Assembly: GCA_965222605.1 (NCBI GenBank)
Contig: OZ244960.1
Location: 4,352,001-4,416,000, forward strand
DNA length: 64,000 nucleotides
Reading direction: 5' to 3'
Source of the DNA: Candidatus Latescibacterota bacterium
GTDB taxonomy: Bacteria; Latescibacterota; UBA2968
Shown here: piece after piece, positions 48,105 to 57,099 of the stretch
Layout: every line of letters begins with the position of its first letter
Numbering within the stretch: position 1 is the first letter of the stretch
Notes under the pieces: generated by a model
What the model was told of the DNA's origin: nothing
Databases searched by the model: none
The model's input: only the letters and a program-made list of their open reading frames with translations
Position numbers and translations under genes: made by a program

Positions 48105-49223
48105 TTAAAAATACGACGCAATGGAAAAGAAGAGACGGCCTGTGCCATCGCCTTTGTCGCCATTTGCCGGAGTTTTATAGGTGTTGTTGTAATCCAGCTT
48201 AAATACCGTGTCTTCAACGGGGCGGAAGTTCAAACCAAAGGTGATTCCGTATTCCGAATCGCCGGTTATTGTGGTATCAAAATCGACCCAGTCCCAGCGC
48301 GCAATAGCTGTGAACACGGATTCTGACAAGAAATAGTCGTGCCCAAAGTGAAAGTTGGTTTGTGCATAAGCACCGCGCTGGTCGCCGTTAAATCCATCGG
48401 CGGTGGCTTGCCCGTATTCGCCCTGAAGTTCAATGGGCCCCTGTGTAAATTGTGCGTCGGCACCGAGGATGGAGAGGCGGTTATTGCCCGCATCGTCGTA
48501 TTTGCCCGTGTGGAAAGATGCGCCGAGGTCAATGCCAAGGCGCGGGCTGAAGCCGAATCGTCCGACGAGTGCTTTGTCGTGGTTGTTGTCCGATTTTTGG
48601 CTGCCCCGTCCGCTTCGAATGCGGAGTTTGCCGCCGGAGTTGACTTTTTCGTTGAATCCGTTGACGAGATAGATTTCATAAGTTGCTACAGAGATTTCAG
48701 AGGGGTAAAAGGTGCCAAAGAAGCCCATTCCCGCTTCTGCGAGGGTAGATGGCATGATTTGACGGTTCACGGTGGGGCGTTCGGTCAGGTCGTTGAGTGG
48801 CGTATCGTGCAAGAGGTTGAAACGCCCGAGCGGGGAGAGGATGACACCGCCCCGATAGCTGAAGGCTTCTGTAAAGGTGAAGTCCAGGACGGCGTATTCG
48901 AGTTTGATTTCGCCATCGGTGTTGCTGCTGCCTTTGACGAGGCCGCCGTGTTCAAATTCGATTTCGCATGAAACGTGAAGTCGGTCGGTGATTTCCGAGT
49001 AGATAAATGGGATAAAGCGGTGCTGGTCAAAGGTGCTGTCTTTTCCTTCTGTCCACTCAAATTCGTGGTCGAGATATCCGCCGATAGCTACATTTTTGCC
49101 CATGCGTTTGATATAGGGTTTGTCGTATATGCCGCCGGGCAATTCGGGCCGTTTGTCTTCCTCGGCTATGATGGGAAGTGCGAGTGTGAGAGACAAGAAC
49201 GAAGCGAGCAGTTTGAAGCACAT
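48105..49223 (-). CDS. Outer-membrane beta-barrel porin (second, related to 45370-46611)
   Basis: RBS GGAGG, signal peptide, EIEFEHGG, G..NLLH, LKLDY-type strand, terminal YF; start 49223. Confidence 0.7.
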   Translation of the reverse strand: MCFKLLASFLSLTLALPIIAEEDKRPELPGGIYDKPYIKRMGKNVAIGGYLDHEFEWTEGKDSTFDQHRFIPFIYSEITDRLHVSCEIEFEHGGLVKGSSNTDGEIKLEYAVLDFTFTEAFSYRGGVILSPLGRFNLLHDTPLNDLTERPTVNRQIMPSTLAEAGMGFFGTFYPSEISVATYEIYLVNGFNEKVNSGGKLRIRSGRGSQKSDNNHDKALVGRFGFSPRLGIDLGASFHTGKYDDAGNNRLSILGADAQFTQGPIELQGEYGQATADGFNGDQRGAYAQTNFHFGHDYFLSESVFTAIARWDWVDFDTTITGDSEYGITFGLNFRPVEDTVFKLDYNNTYKTPANGDKGDGTGRLFFSIASYF

Positions 49224-49580
49224 GTTTCCTCCAGTGAGAAACACAACGCCGTTCAAAGTGGGTTGACATGAACCGCAAAACACCCTACTTTGAATACGAG
49301 TTGTGCCTTTGGTGTGACTCAGACCATCTTCCGTTGGGCTGGCAGGCTCGTGAGACGGCAGGTGGTCTTTTTTTGTTTGGCGGTCTATAGATATGTTTTA
49401 GTAATAAAACAATCGCCCAACAAGCAAAACAAATGTTGGGTATATGTCAACAAGTTTTTTAATTTTTTTCTTACATTATGATAAGTCAGGTTAATTCAGC
49501 TTTGGCGATCAACTGAAAAGGGTTGAATTTTTGGGACAAGTACCTATTTTGTTTGCCGATCTTGTGCGAGGAGGCGTGAA

Positions 49581-50558
49581 ATGTCTGAGGTATTGAAGGT
49601 CGCTGTTATTGGCGCGAGTGGCATTGGGCAGCACCACGCGCGATGGCACCATTTGTCGGGGTCTCGGGTGGTGGCATTTGCGGGCACTTCGGAAGAGTCG
49701 TGTGCAAAAACCCGGTCGCAATTGCAGGCGTATTTTGGATTTGATGGGCGTGCATATACGGATGTGGCACACATGCTGGCGGCTGAACAACCCGATGTGG
49801 TCGATGTATCAAGTCCTTTTCACCTGCACAGAGACCATGCAATTATGGCTCTGGAAAGCGGGTGCCAGGTGGTGTGTGAAAAGCCTTTGTGTTGGGATAT
49901 GGATAGGGATTTGGACGATATTTTGGCCGATGGACAGGCTGTGGTGCGTGCGGCGGAACAGGCGGGCAAATCGCTGGTGATGTCTGCACAGTATCCCGCG
50001 GGGATTTCAATTTATCGCGATTTTTACGCGCGTGTGCGGGGGACGTGGGATAAAGTTGAGTCGCTCGAGATGGAGATGGAGGTGAAGGGTCGCAGGGGGC
50101 CGAAGGCACGAGAAGATATTTGGATTGATCTGGCTTCCCATCCGTTGAGTTTGGTCCTGGGTTTTTTGCCAGAGGGAGAAATCGATTGGGCAACGGCCTC
50201 GTGTATAATAGACGAGCGGGAAAATCGCGCGAGTTTTGATGTGATCACGCCCGAAGGGCGGTGCGATGTGAGGTTTGTTTTGCGCGATGTCGATGAGGGG
50301 ATTCCCGTGCGGCAATTTGGCGTGAATGGCTTTTTGGTGAATTGGGAGGGGTTTGCCGATGATGAGGGTATTTATCGCGCGCGATTAGTTCATGGGGATG
50401 AGGCTGTGATTTGCGACGATTTTATGCATATTTTAATTGATGAATTTGGCAGGCATGTACGCGGCGAAGATGGGCGGGTTGTTGTTTCTGGCGAGGACGC
50501 TTTGAAGAATTTGCAGTATCAAATTGCCCTGTTAAAGCTGGCGGATTGGCCTGTATGA
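49581..50558 (+). CDS. Gfo/Idh/MocA-family oxidoreductase
   Basis: VIGASGIG, CEKP, DLASH. Confidence 0.88.
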   Translation: MSEVLKVAVIGASGIGQHHARWHHLSGSRVVAFAGTSEESCAKTRSQLQAYFGFDGRAYTDVAHMLAAEQPDVVDVSSPFHLHRDHAIMALESGCQVVCEKPLCWDMDRDLDDILADGQAVVRAAEQAGKSLVMSAQYPAGISIYRDFYARVRGTWDKVESLEMEMEVKGRRGPKAREDIWIDLASHPLSLVLGFLPEGEIDWATASCIIDERENRASFDVITPEGRCDVRFVLRDVDEGIPVRQFGVNGFLVNWEGFADDEGIYRARLVHGDEAVICDDFMHILIDEFGRHVRGEDGRVVVSGEDALKNLQYQIALLKLADWPV

Positions 50559-51304
50559 GTGCGCGATCAGACATTGGGGTGGTGATTACCACACACAATT
50601 ACGGGCATTATCTTGCCGCGTGTTTGGAATCGGTTTTGTCACAGACGCTTTTGCCTCGCCAGGTGGTGGTGGTTGACGATGCGAGTGAAGACAATGCGGC
50701 AGATGTTGTAGCAGCTTTTTCTGATGTAGCGTATTGCCGCGTCAATTTCCGCAATGGCAACCGCGCGCGAAATTTTGGATTTTTGAAGATTTCGACTTCT
50801 TATGTCGCGTTTTTCGATGCCGATAATGTGATGATGCCGCGCTTTTTGGATGTGCTTTATGGCGCGTTGCAAGAGGTTCCCCACGCGATATTTGCTTATG
50901 GTGATCGCATTGTGTTTGCGGATGACGATACGCAGCAAGGCGAACGCGAGGTGTCTGGCCCGTTTGACGTGCGGCGATTGCGCGCCGGAAATTATATCGA
51001 TCTCGCCGCGTTGATTCGATCCGATAGATTTCCCGGATTCGACCCCGCTGTGCGCCGGTATCAGGATTGGGATTTGTGGTTGAATATTGCGCTCAAACAG
51101 GGGGGGATTGGGCAGTATGTGCCCGAGCCATTGTTCTATTATCGCGTGCATCCACACAGTGTAAGCCAGCGCGAAGACCGGGATCGGGCCATGTGGGGTA
51201 TCCGAAGAAAATACCATCTCGGATGGGGTGCGCTACCCCTGCTGCGCCATTCTTTCAGGCTTTATCAATTTGCGCGAAAGACAAAGTCCCTGTGGACGGG
51301 GTGA
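50555..51304 (+). CDS. Glycosyltransferase family 2
   Basis: VVITTHN, VVDDAS, FFDADN, QDWDLW. Confidence 0.92.
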   Translation: MSARSDIGVVITTHNYGHYLAACLESVLSQTLLPRQVVVVDDASEDNAADVVAAFSDVAYCRVNFRNGNRARNFGFLKISTSYVAFFDADNVMMPRFLDVLYGALQEVPHAIFAYGDRIVFADDDTQQGEREVSGPFDVRRLRAGNYIDLAALIRSDRFPGFDPAVRRYQDWDLWLNIALKQGGIGQYVPEPLFYYRVHPHSVSQREDRDRAMWGIRRKYHLGWGALPLLRHSFRLYQFARKTKSLWTG

Positions 51305-51337
51305 GAGGTTGGAGGAGAATATCTGACCGTTGCCATC

Positions 51338-51366
51338 TTGACATGATGCGTCACAGACGTTACTTT
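51338..51366 (+). promoter_or_regulatory. Sigma70-type promoter upstream of sucA
   Basis: TTGACA-17 bp-TACTTT. Confidence 0.55.
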
Positions 51367-51419
51367 TTTCGGGTGTGTACATATACTTAATGAAGGCATT
51401 CAGAAAAGTGGAGATTGCC

Positions 51420-54218
51420 ATGTCATTCGATATTGCTGCGATTGCAAATGCCGATTACATCGACGCGATGTATGAGAAATACCAAGAAGACCCAAATCTG
51501 GTCGATGAACAATGGCATGTATTTTTTGCGGGTTTTGATTTGGGGATGCAACGCGATGGCGTCAAAATGGCTCGGGATACGTCAAGTGAAAGCCAGGCTG
51601 AGGAAGATGCGATGGCGTTTCTCGATGCTTATGACACGTTGGAGGAATATACCCGTGCGGACGTAAATAGGCAGCAAGGGGCGATGGCTCTGGTCAATGC
51701 CTATCGCACCTGGGGGCACCTGGTCGCCGATATCGCGCCGATGAGTTATACGCGCCCACCGTATCCGCTGTTGGAGTTGTCAGAATACGGCTTTGCGGAA
51801 GAGGACCTGGATCAAGATGTCGGAAATGGCGGATTTCTCGGTCCTATGGACGGTACGTTGCGCGATCTCGTTGCAAAGCTCAGGCAAACGTATTGCGGTC
51901 CTGTGGCGGTAGAATATACCGATATTCCGTATAAGAGTCAGCACGAGTGGCTGGAACAGCGCATGGAGCCGATCTTAAATTCGCCGAAATTCAGCACAGA
52001 GCAATGCCGAGAGTTGCTGAGAAAATTGATCGAGGCGCAGGAATTTGAACAATTTTTGCACGTTAAATATATCGGAAAAAAGCGATTTTCTATTGAAGGC
52101 GGCGAAGCACTTATCCCAATGTTGCACGCGCTTATTGAAACCGGGGCTGCGTTAAATGTCGAAGAAATGGTGATGGGGATGGCGCATCGCGGCAGGCTCA
52201 ATGTGCTCACGCATATTATGCAAAAGCCCTATCCGGAGATATTCAGTGAATTTGAGGGTGTTGAGGTGGGGCGCTCCGAGGGGTCGGGCGATGTAAAATA
52301 CCACATGGGGTTCGCCCATGAGTATGTCACGCGCGATGGTCACACCGTGCATTTGGGATTGACGCCCAATCCGAGTCACCTCGAATTGGTCAATCCCGTG
52401 ATTGAGGGCATTGTTTGCACAAAGCAAGAGACAAAAGGCGATATTCAGCACGAGCATATCGTACCGCTGATCATCCACGGCGATGCCGCTTTTGCCGGGC
52501 AGGGCATTGTGCCAGAGACGATTTGCTTGTCCCATCTGGATGGCTATGATAATGGGGGTACGATTCACATTGTTGTGAATAACCAGATCGGTTTTACTGC
52601 ACTGCCTCGGGAATCCCGTTTTACAGCGTATCCAACAGATGTGGCGAAGATTGTTAAGATGCCCATTTTTCACGTCAATGCGGATGACCCCGAAGCTGTG
52701 GTCCACACGGCGCGCACGGCTATGGCCTATCGCCAGGCCGTGAAAAACGATGTGATTATCGACCTGTGGTGCTATCGCCGATACGGTCACAATGAAGCCG
52801 ACGATCCTTCTTTCACACAGCCGCTACAATCTGCCGAAATCGCCGAGCATCCAACGGTTGTCGATTTGTATGCGAGGCGTTTGATTGAGCAAAATAATGC
52901 AACAGAAGATGACGTCGATGCTATGAAGCGAACTGTGCGCGAGAAACTCGAGGCGGCATTCGTCAATGCGAAAAATCAAAAGACAAAACCGCGAAAGCCA
53001 ACATTTGGGGGCGCGTGGAAGGGATTTGGAAAGGCGGGCGCAGATCGCACGGCAAAGACCGCGGTGAGCAGAGAAAAATTGATTGATATTGCCCAAAAGG
53101 CGACGACAGTGCCCGAGGAATTTCATGCCTATCGCAAATTGGTGCGCCAACTCGATTACCGGATGCAAATGGTCCACGGCAAGGTGCGTATGGACTGGGG
53201 CTGTGCGGAGATGCTCGCGTTTGGCAGTTTGTTGGTCGATGGGTTTCCGGTGCGATTGGCCGGGCAAGATTCTCAGCGGGGTACATTTAGCCATCGACAA
53301 GCGGTTTGGCACGATATCGAAAATGGCGCGATTTATTCACCGCTGAATCATCTATCGGATGGTCAGGGAGGATTCAGGGTTTACAATACCATGCTTTCGG
53401 AATTGGCGGTGCTGGGTTTTGAGTTTGGCGTGAGTTATGCCAATCCCAATAAATTGACGATCTGGGAAGCTCAGTTTGGCGATTTTGTCAATGGCGCGCA
53501 GATGATTATCGATCAGTTTATTTCCAGTTCAGAGGCTAAATGGCACAAGATGAGCGGGCTGGTGATGCTGTTGCCGCACGGGTTTGAGGGCCAGGGACCA
53601 GAGCATTCGAGCGCGCGGTTAGAGCGGTTTCAGGCGCTGTGTGCCGAAGACAATATGCAGGTGAGTTGCCCCACGCTACCCGCGCAGTATTTTCATTTGC
53701 TGCGCCGCCAGATGCTGCGCGCATTTCGCAAGCCCCTCATTTTGATGATGCCAAAGAGTTTGTTGCGGCACAAAGGATCGACTTCGACGCTCGATGATTT
53801 GTCCGAGGGTGCGTTTTATCCCGTTTTAGACGATCCTGCACAGCCCGATCCCAGCGGGGTGAAGCGCGTTGTTTTTTGCACGGGAAAGGTCTTTTTCGAT
53901 CTCAAAGAGGGGCGAGATAAAAAGGGCGAAGAACGGCTCGCGCTGGTGCGGATTGAGGAACACTATCCCTTTCCGTGGGACGAGGTGGATGCCGTGCTGA
54001 AAAAATACGGCGATGCGGATATTTTCTGGGGGCAAGAAGAGCCGCAAAATATGGGTAGTTGGGATTTTATGGAGCCAAAACTTCGCAGGTTGCTCGATAA
54101 TCAAAAGCCGGTGCGCTATCTGGGACGAAAGCCCACGGCTGCAACGGCCACGGGTATTCAGTCGGTGCATTTGGCCGAGCAGCAAGAGATCGTGGAAATG
54201 GCTCTGGATTTTTCTTAG
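51420..54218 (+). CDS. sucA: 2-oxoglutarate dehydrogenase E1
   Basis: GMAHRGRLNVL, GDVKYH, HGDAAFAGQG, WEAQFGDF, GQGPEHSSAR. Confidence 0.97.
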   Translation: MSFDIAAIANADYIDAMYEKYQEDPNLVDEQWHVFFAGFDLGMQRDGVKMARDTSSESQAEEDAMAFLDAYDTLEEYTRADVNRQQGAMALVNAYRTWGHLVADIAPMSYTRPPYPLLELSEYGFAEEDLDQDVGNGGFLGPMDGTLRDLVAKLRQTYCGPVAVEYTDIPYKSQHEWLEQRMEPILNSPKFSTEQCRELLRKLIEAQEFEQFLHVKYIGKKRFSIEGGEALIPMLHALIETGAALNVEEMVMGMAHRGRLNVLTHIMQKPYPEIFSEFEGVEVGRSEGSGDVKYHMGFAHEYVTRDGHTVHLGLTPNPSHLELVNPVIEGIVCTKQETKGDIQHEHIVPLIIHGDAAFAGQGIVPETICLSHLDGYDNGGTIHIVVNNQIGFTALPRESRFTAYPTDVAKIVKMPIFHVNADDPEAVVHTARTAMAYRQAVKNDVIIDLWCYRRYGHNEADDPSFTQPLQSAEIAEHPTVVDLYARRLIEQNNATEDDVDAMKRTVREKLEAAFVNAKNQKTKPRKPTFGGAWKGFGKAGADRTAKTAVSREKLIDIAQKATTVPEEFHAYRKLVRQLDYRMQMVHGKVRMDWGCAEMLAFGSLLVDGFPVRLAGQDSQRGTFSHRQAVWHDIENGAIYSPLNHLSDGQGGFRVYNTMLSELAVLGFEFGVSYANPNKLTIWEAQFGDFVNGAQMIIDQFISSSEAKWHKMSGLVMLLPHGFEGQGPEHSSARLERFQALCAEDNMQVSCPTLPAQYFHLLRRQMLRAFRKPLILMMPKSLLRHKGSTSTLDDLSEGAFYPVLDDPAQPDPSGVKRVVFCTGKVFFDLKEGRDKKGEERLALVRIEEHYPFPWDEVDAVLKKYGDADIFWGQEEPQNMGSWDFMEPKLRRLLDNQKPVRYLGRKPTAATATGIQSVHLAEQQEIVEMALDFS

Positions 54219-54230
54219 GGAGGCGCGTAC

Positions 54231-55391
54231 ATGCCTGTTGATGTGGTTTTGCCCGAATTGGGGGAGTCAGTGACCGACGCCATTCTGGTCGAGTGGTTGA
54301 AATCGGATGGCGAGGCTGTGGCGGTAGATGAACCTCTTGCGGTTATTGAAACGGATAAAGCCGATGTCGAATTGCCCGCGCCTTCGGCGGGTGTGCTGCA
54401 TACATTGAGGGCCGATGGCGACACGATTGAGGTCGGTGAGACTATTGCTACAATAGATGAGGACGGCAAGGTCGTCACAAAGGCCCCAGCACCGGAGGAG
54501 GCCGATGGTTTGAGTCCGGCAGTGCGCCGATTGGTGACAGAGCACGACCTCGATCCCGCGGCGATTACGGGTACGGGAAAAGACGGACGATTGACAAAAG
54601 AAGATGTGCTGGCGTACCTCGATTCAGTGGCCGATCCGTCCGTTTCTGAACCAGAAGCCCCTGCACCACCTCCTGCTCTCGCTGCTTCGAGCGATGGCGA
54701 GCGGCGCGAACCCATGAGTCAAATTCGCACGCGCATTGCCGAGCGTCTGGTTTCTGCACAGCAGACAGCGGCGATGTTGACGACGTTTAATGAAGTGGAT
54801 ATGAGCGGTATTTTTGATTTGCGCGCGAAATACAAAGAGATGTTCGCAGAAGTACACGGCATATCTCTGGGTTTGATGTCCTTTTTTCTTCGCGCCTGTG
54901 TTATTGCTTTGCAGGAATATCCCGATGTTAATGCCAGTATTGATGGTTCTGATATTGTCTATCGCGATTATGTCAATATGGGTATTGCAGTGGGTACAGA
55001 TCGCGGTCTTGTCGTGCCTGTTTTGAAGTCGGCAGAGCGCCTGTCTTTTGCTACTATTGAGTCCGAAATTAAGCGCGTGGCTCTCTCTGCGCGAGAGGGC
55101 AAGTTGGGTTTGGATGAGTTGAGCGGGGGTACGTTTACAATTACCAATGGCGGGGTGTTTGGGTCGCTGTTGTCAACGCCTATTCTCAACCCACCTCAGA
55201 CGGGTATTTTGGGCATGCACGCCATTCAGAGTCGGCCCATCGCCGTGGGGGATGAGGTGGTTGTTCGCCCGATGATGTATCTGGCATTGACTTATGATCA
55301 CCGCCTGATCGATGGCCAGACTTCGGTGACATTCCTGGTTCGCGTAAAAGACCTGCTCGAAGACCCCGCACGTATGATGCTGGAAGTTTGA
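54231..55391 (+). CDS. sucB: Dihydrolipoamide succinyltransferase E2
   Basis: Lipoyl motif ETDKA, GTGKDGR, DHRLIDG. Confidence 0.96.
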   Translation: MPVDVVLPELGESVTDAILVEWLKSDGEAVAVDEPLAVIETDKADVELPAPSAGVLHTLRADGDTIEVGETIATIDEDGKVVTKAPAPEEADGLSPAVRRLVTEHDLDPAAITGTGKDGRLTKEDVLAYLDSVADPSVSEPEAPAPPPALAASSDGERREPMSQIRTRIAERLVSAQQTAAMLTTFNEVDMSGIFDLRAKYKEMFAEVHGISLGLMSFFLRACVIALQEYPDVNASIDGSDIVYRDYVNMGIAVGTDRGLVVPVLKSAERLSFATIESEIKRVALSAREGKLGLDELSGGTFTITNGGVFGSLLSTPILNPPQTGILGMHAIQSRPIAVGDEVVVRPMMYLALTYDHRLIDGQTSVTFLVRVKDLLEDPARMMLEV

Positions 55392-55403
55392 AAGGAGCGT
55401 CTT

Positions 55404-56789
55404 GTGGCAGATAATACATTCGATCTCATTGTTATCGGTGCTGGACCGGGGGGGTATGTCGCTGCGATTCGGGCGGCGCAATTGGGCATGCGCGTGGCAT
55501 GTGTTGAGAAACAGGCATTGGGTGGTACCTGTCTGAATGTGGGTTGTATCCCGAGTAAAGCCCTTTTGGAGTCGAGTGAGTTGTTTCACCAGGCAGATAC
55601 TTCATTGCGCGTTCACGGTGTAAAGACCGGTGGTGTGGAACTGGATTTGGCGGGTATGATGAAGCGCAAGTCCAGTATTGTGCGAAGAATGACGGGCGGT
55701 ATTCGCGGCCTGTTTCGCAAGAATAAGGTGACGCATATTTCGGGGCTGGGGCGGTTGGCTGGCGATGGAAAGGTCGATGTTGGCGGGGATATTTATTCGG
55801 CAGAACGCATTTTGATTGCTACGGGCAGTTCTGCTATTGAGTTGCCCAATTTGCCTTATGACGGCGAGTATGTGATCAGTTCAACCGAGGCGTTGGCACT
55901 GGATGAGGTGCCCGAGAAAATGATTGTTATTGGCGCGGGTGCGATCGGTCTCGAGTTGGGGTCGGTGTGGCATCGCCTGGGTGCAGAGGTGCATGTGGTC
56001 GAATTTTTGGATGGGGTTACGCCTACGATGGACCGCGAATTATCCCGTGGTTTGCAGAAGGTGCTGGAGAAACAGGGGCTGAGGTTTTCGTTTGAGACGC
56101 GCGCGGAGTCGGCTGAGGTTCGCGATGGCAAAGTGGTTGTGACACTCGCTCAGGGCGATGAGACGACTTCTGAGACATGTGACCGATTGTTGGTCGCCGT
56201 TGGGCGAAGGCCAAATACCGATGGGCTGGGTGGCGAAGATGTGGGATTGGAGATGGATGACCAGGGGCGCGTTCTGGTCAATGAAGTATTTGAGACAAAT
56301 TTGCCCGGTGTCTATGCGATTGGCGATGTGATTCCCGGTCCGATGCTGGCGCACAAGGCAGAGGAAGAGGGTGTGGCTGCGGTGGAATGTATGGCGGGAA
56401 AAGCGGGGCATGTGAATTATGGCGCGATCCCCAATGTGGTGTACACGCAGCCAGAACTGGCATCGGTGGGGCTGACAGAGGAGCAGGTTGTGGCGGATGG
56501 CATTCCCTACAAGGTGGGCAAGTTTCCAATAGCTGCCAATGGTCGCGCGCATACGCTACAGGCAGTGGATGGGGAAGTGAAGATTATTGCACATGAAAAG
56601 ACGGATCGCGTGTTGGGCATTCACATTTTGGCCGCACGCGCGTCCGATATGCTCGCCGAAGGGGTTTTGGCGATGGAATTTTCCGCGAGTGCAGAGGATA
56701 TTGCGCGAACGATGCACGCACATCCCACACTTCCAGAGGCACTGAAGGAGGCCGCGTTGAATGTAGAGAATGAGGCGATTCACATTTGA
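55404..56789 (+). CDS. lpdA: Dihydrolipoamide dehydrogenase E3
   Basis: GGTCLNVGCIPSK, HAHPT. Confidence 0.97.
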   Translation: MADNTFDLIVIGAGPGGYVAAIRAAQLGMRVACVEKQALGGTCLNVGCIPSKALLESSELFHQADTSLRVHGVKTGGVELDLAGMMKRKSSIVRRMTGGIRGLFRKNKVTHISGLGRLAGDGKVDVGGDIYSAERILIATGSSAIELPNLPYDGEYVISSTEALALDEVPEKMIVIGAGAIGLELGSVWHRLGAEVHVVEFLDGVTPTMDRELSRGLQKVLEKQGLRFSFETRAESAEVRDGKVVVTLAQGDETTSETCDRLLVAVGRRPNTDGLGGEDVGLEMDDQGRVLVNEVFETNLPGVYAIGDVIPGPMLAHKAEEEGVAAVECMAGKAGHVNYGAIPNVVYTQPELASVGLTEEQVVADGIPYKVGKFPIAANGRAHTLQAVDGEVKIIAHEKTDRVLGIHILAARASDMLAEGVLAMEFSASAEDIARTMHAHPTLPEALKEAALNVENEAIHI

Positions 56790-57044
56790 GAAAACTTGAC
56801 ATTGTCTGTTTATATATGTTTTTTTAAAAAATCATCATCTTTAAAGGCTTAATCTAATGACATCCTCTGACACGCATACATCTATCGCTCACCAGACTGT
56901 GATCGTTTTTCTGGTGAGAAAGGCCGCGTTCTGAAGACGGGTTTACGGGATAGGTGTGTCCATGCGTGAAAGAAAAGACCTTGCCTGATTTGTTCATAAA
57001 ACAAATAAAATGAACGATTTAGGCTTGATTGTAGTTTATTTTTT

Positions 57045-57086
57045 AAGGCTGTGGCACATATTGTGACCACAGCCTTTTCTTTTTTT
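57045..57086 (+). terminator. Leader terminator (attenuator-like) just upstream of the ABC-F gene
   Basis: AAGGCTGTGG...CCACAGCCTTTTCTTTTTTT ending about 13 nt before ATG 57100. Confidence 0.7.
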
Positions 57087-57099
57087 GAAAGTGCGACCA

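Noticed and set aside
49330-49365. GAGCCTGCC as the 3' end of a cobalamin riboswitch
   Set aside because: The other B12-element motifs are not visible upstream.
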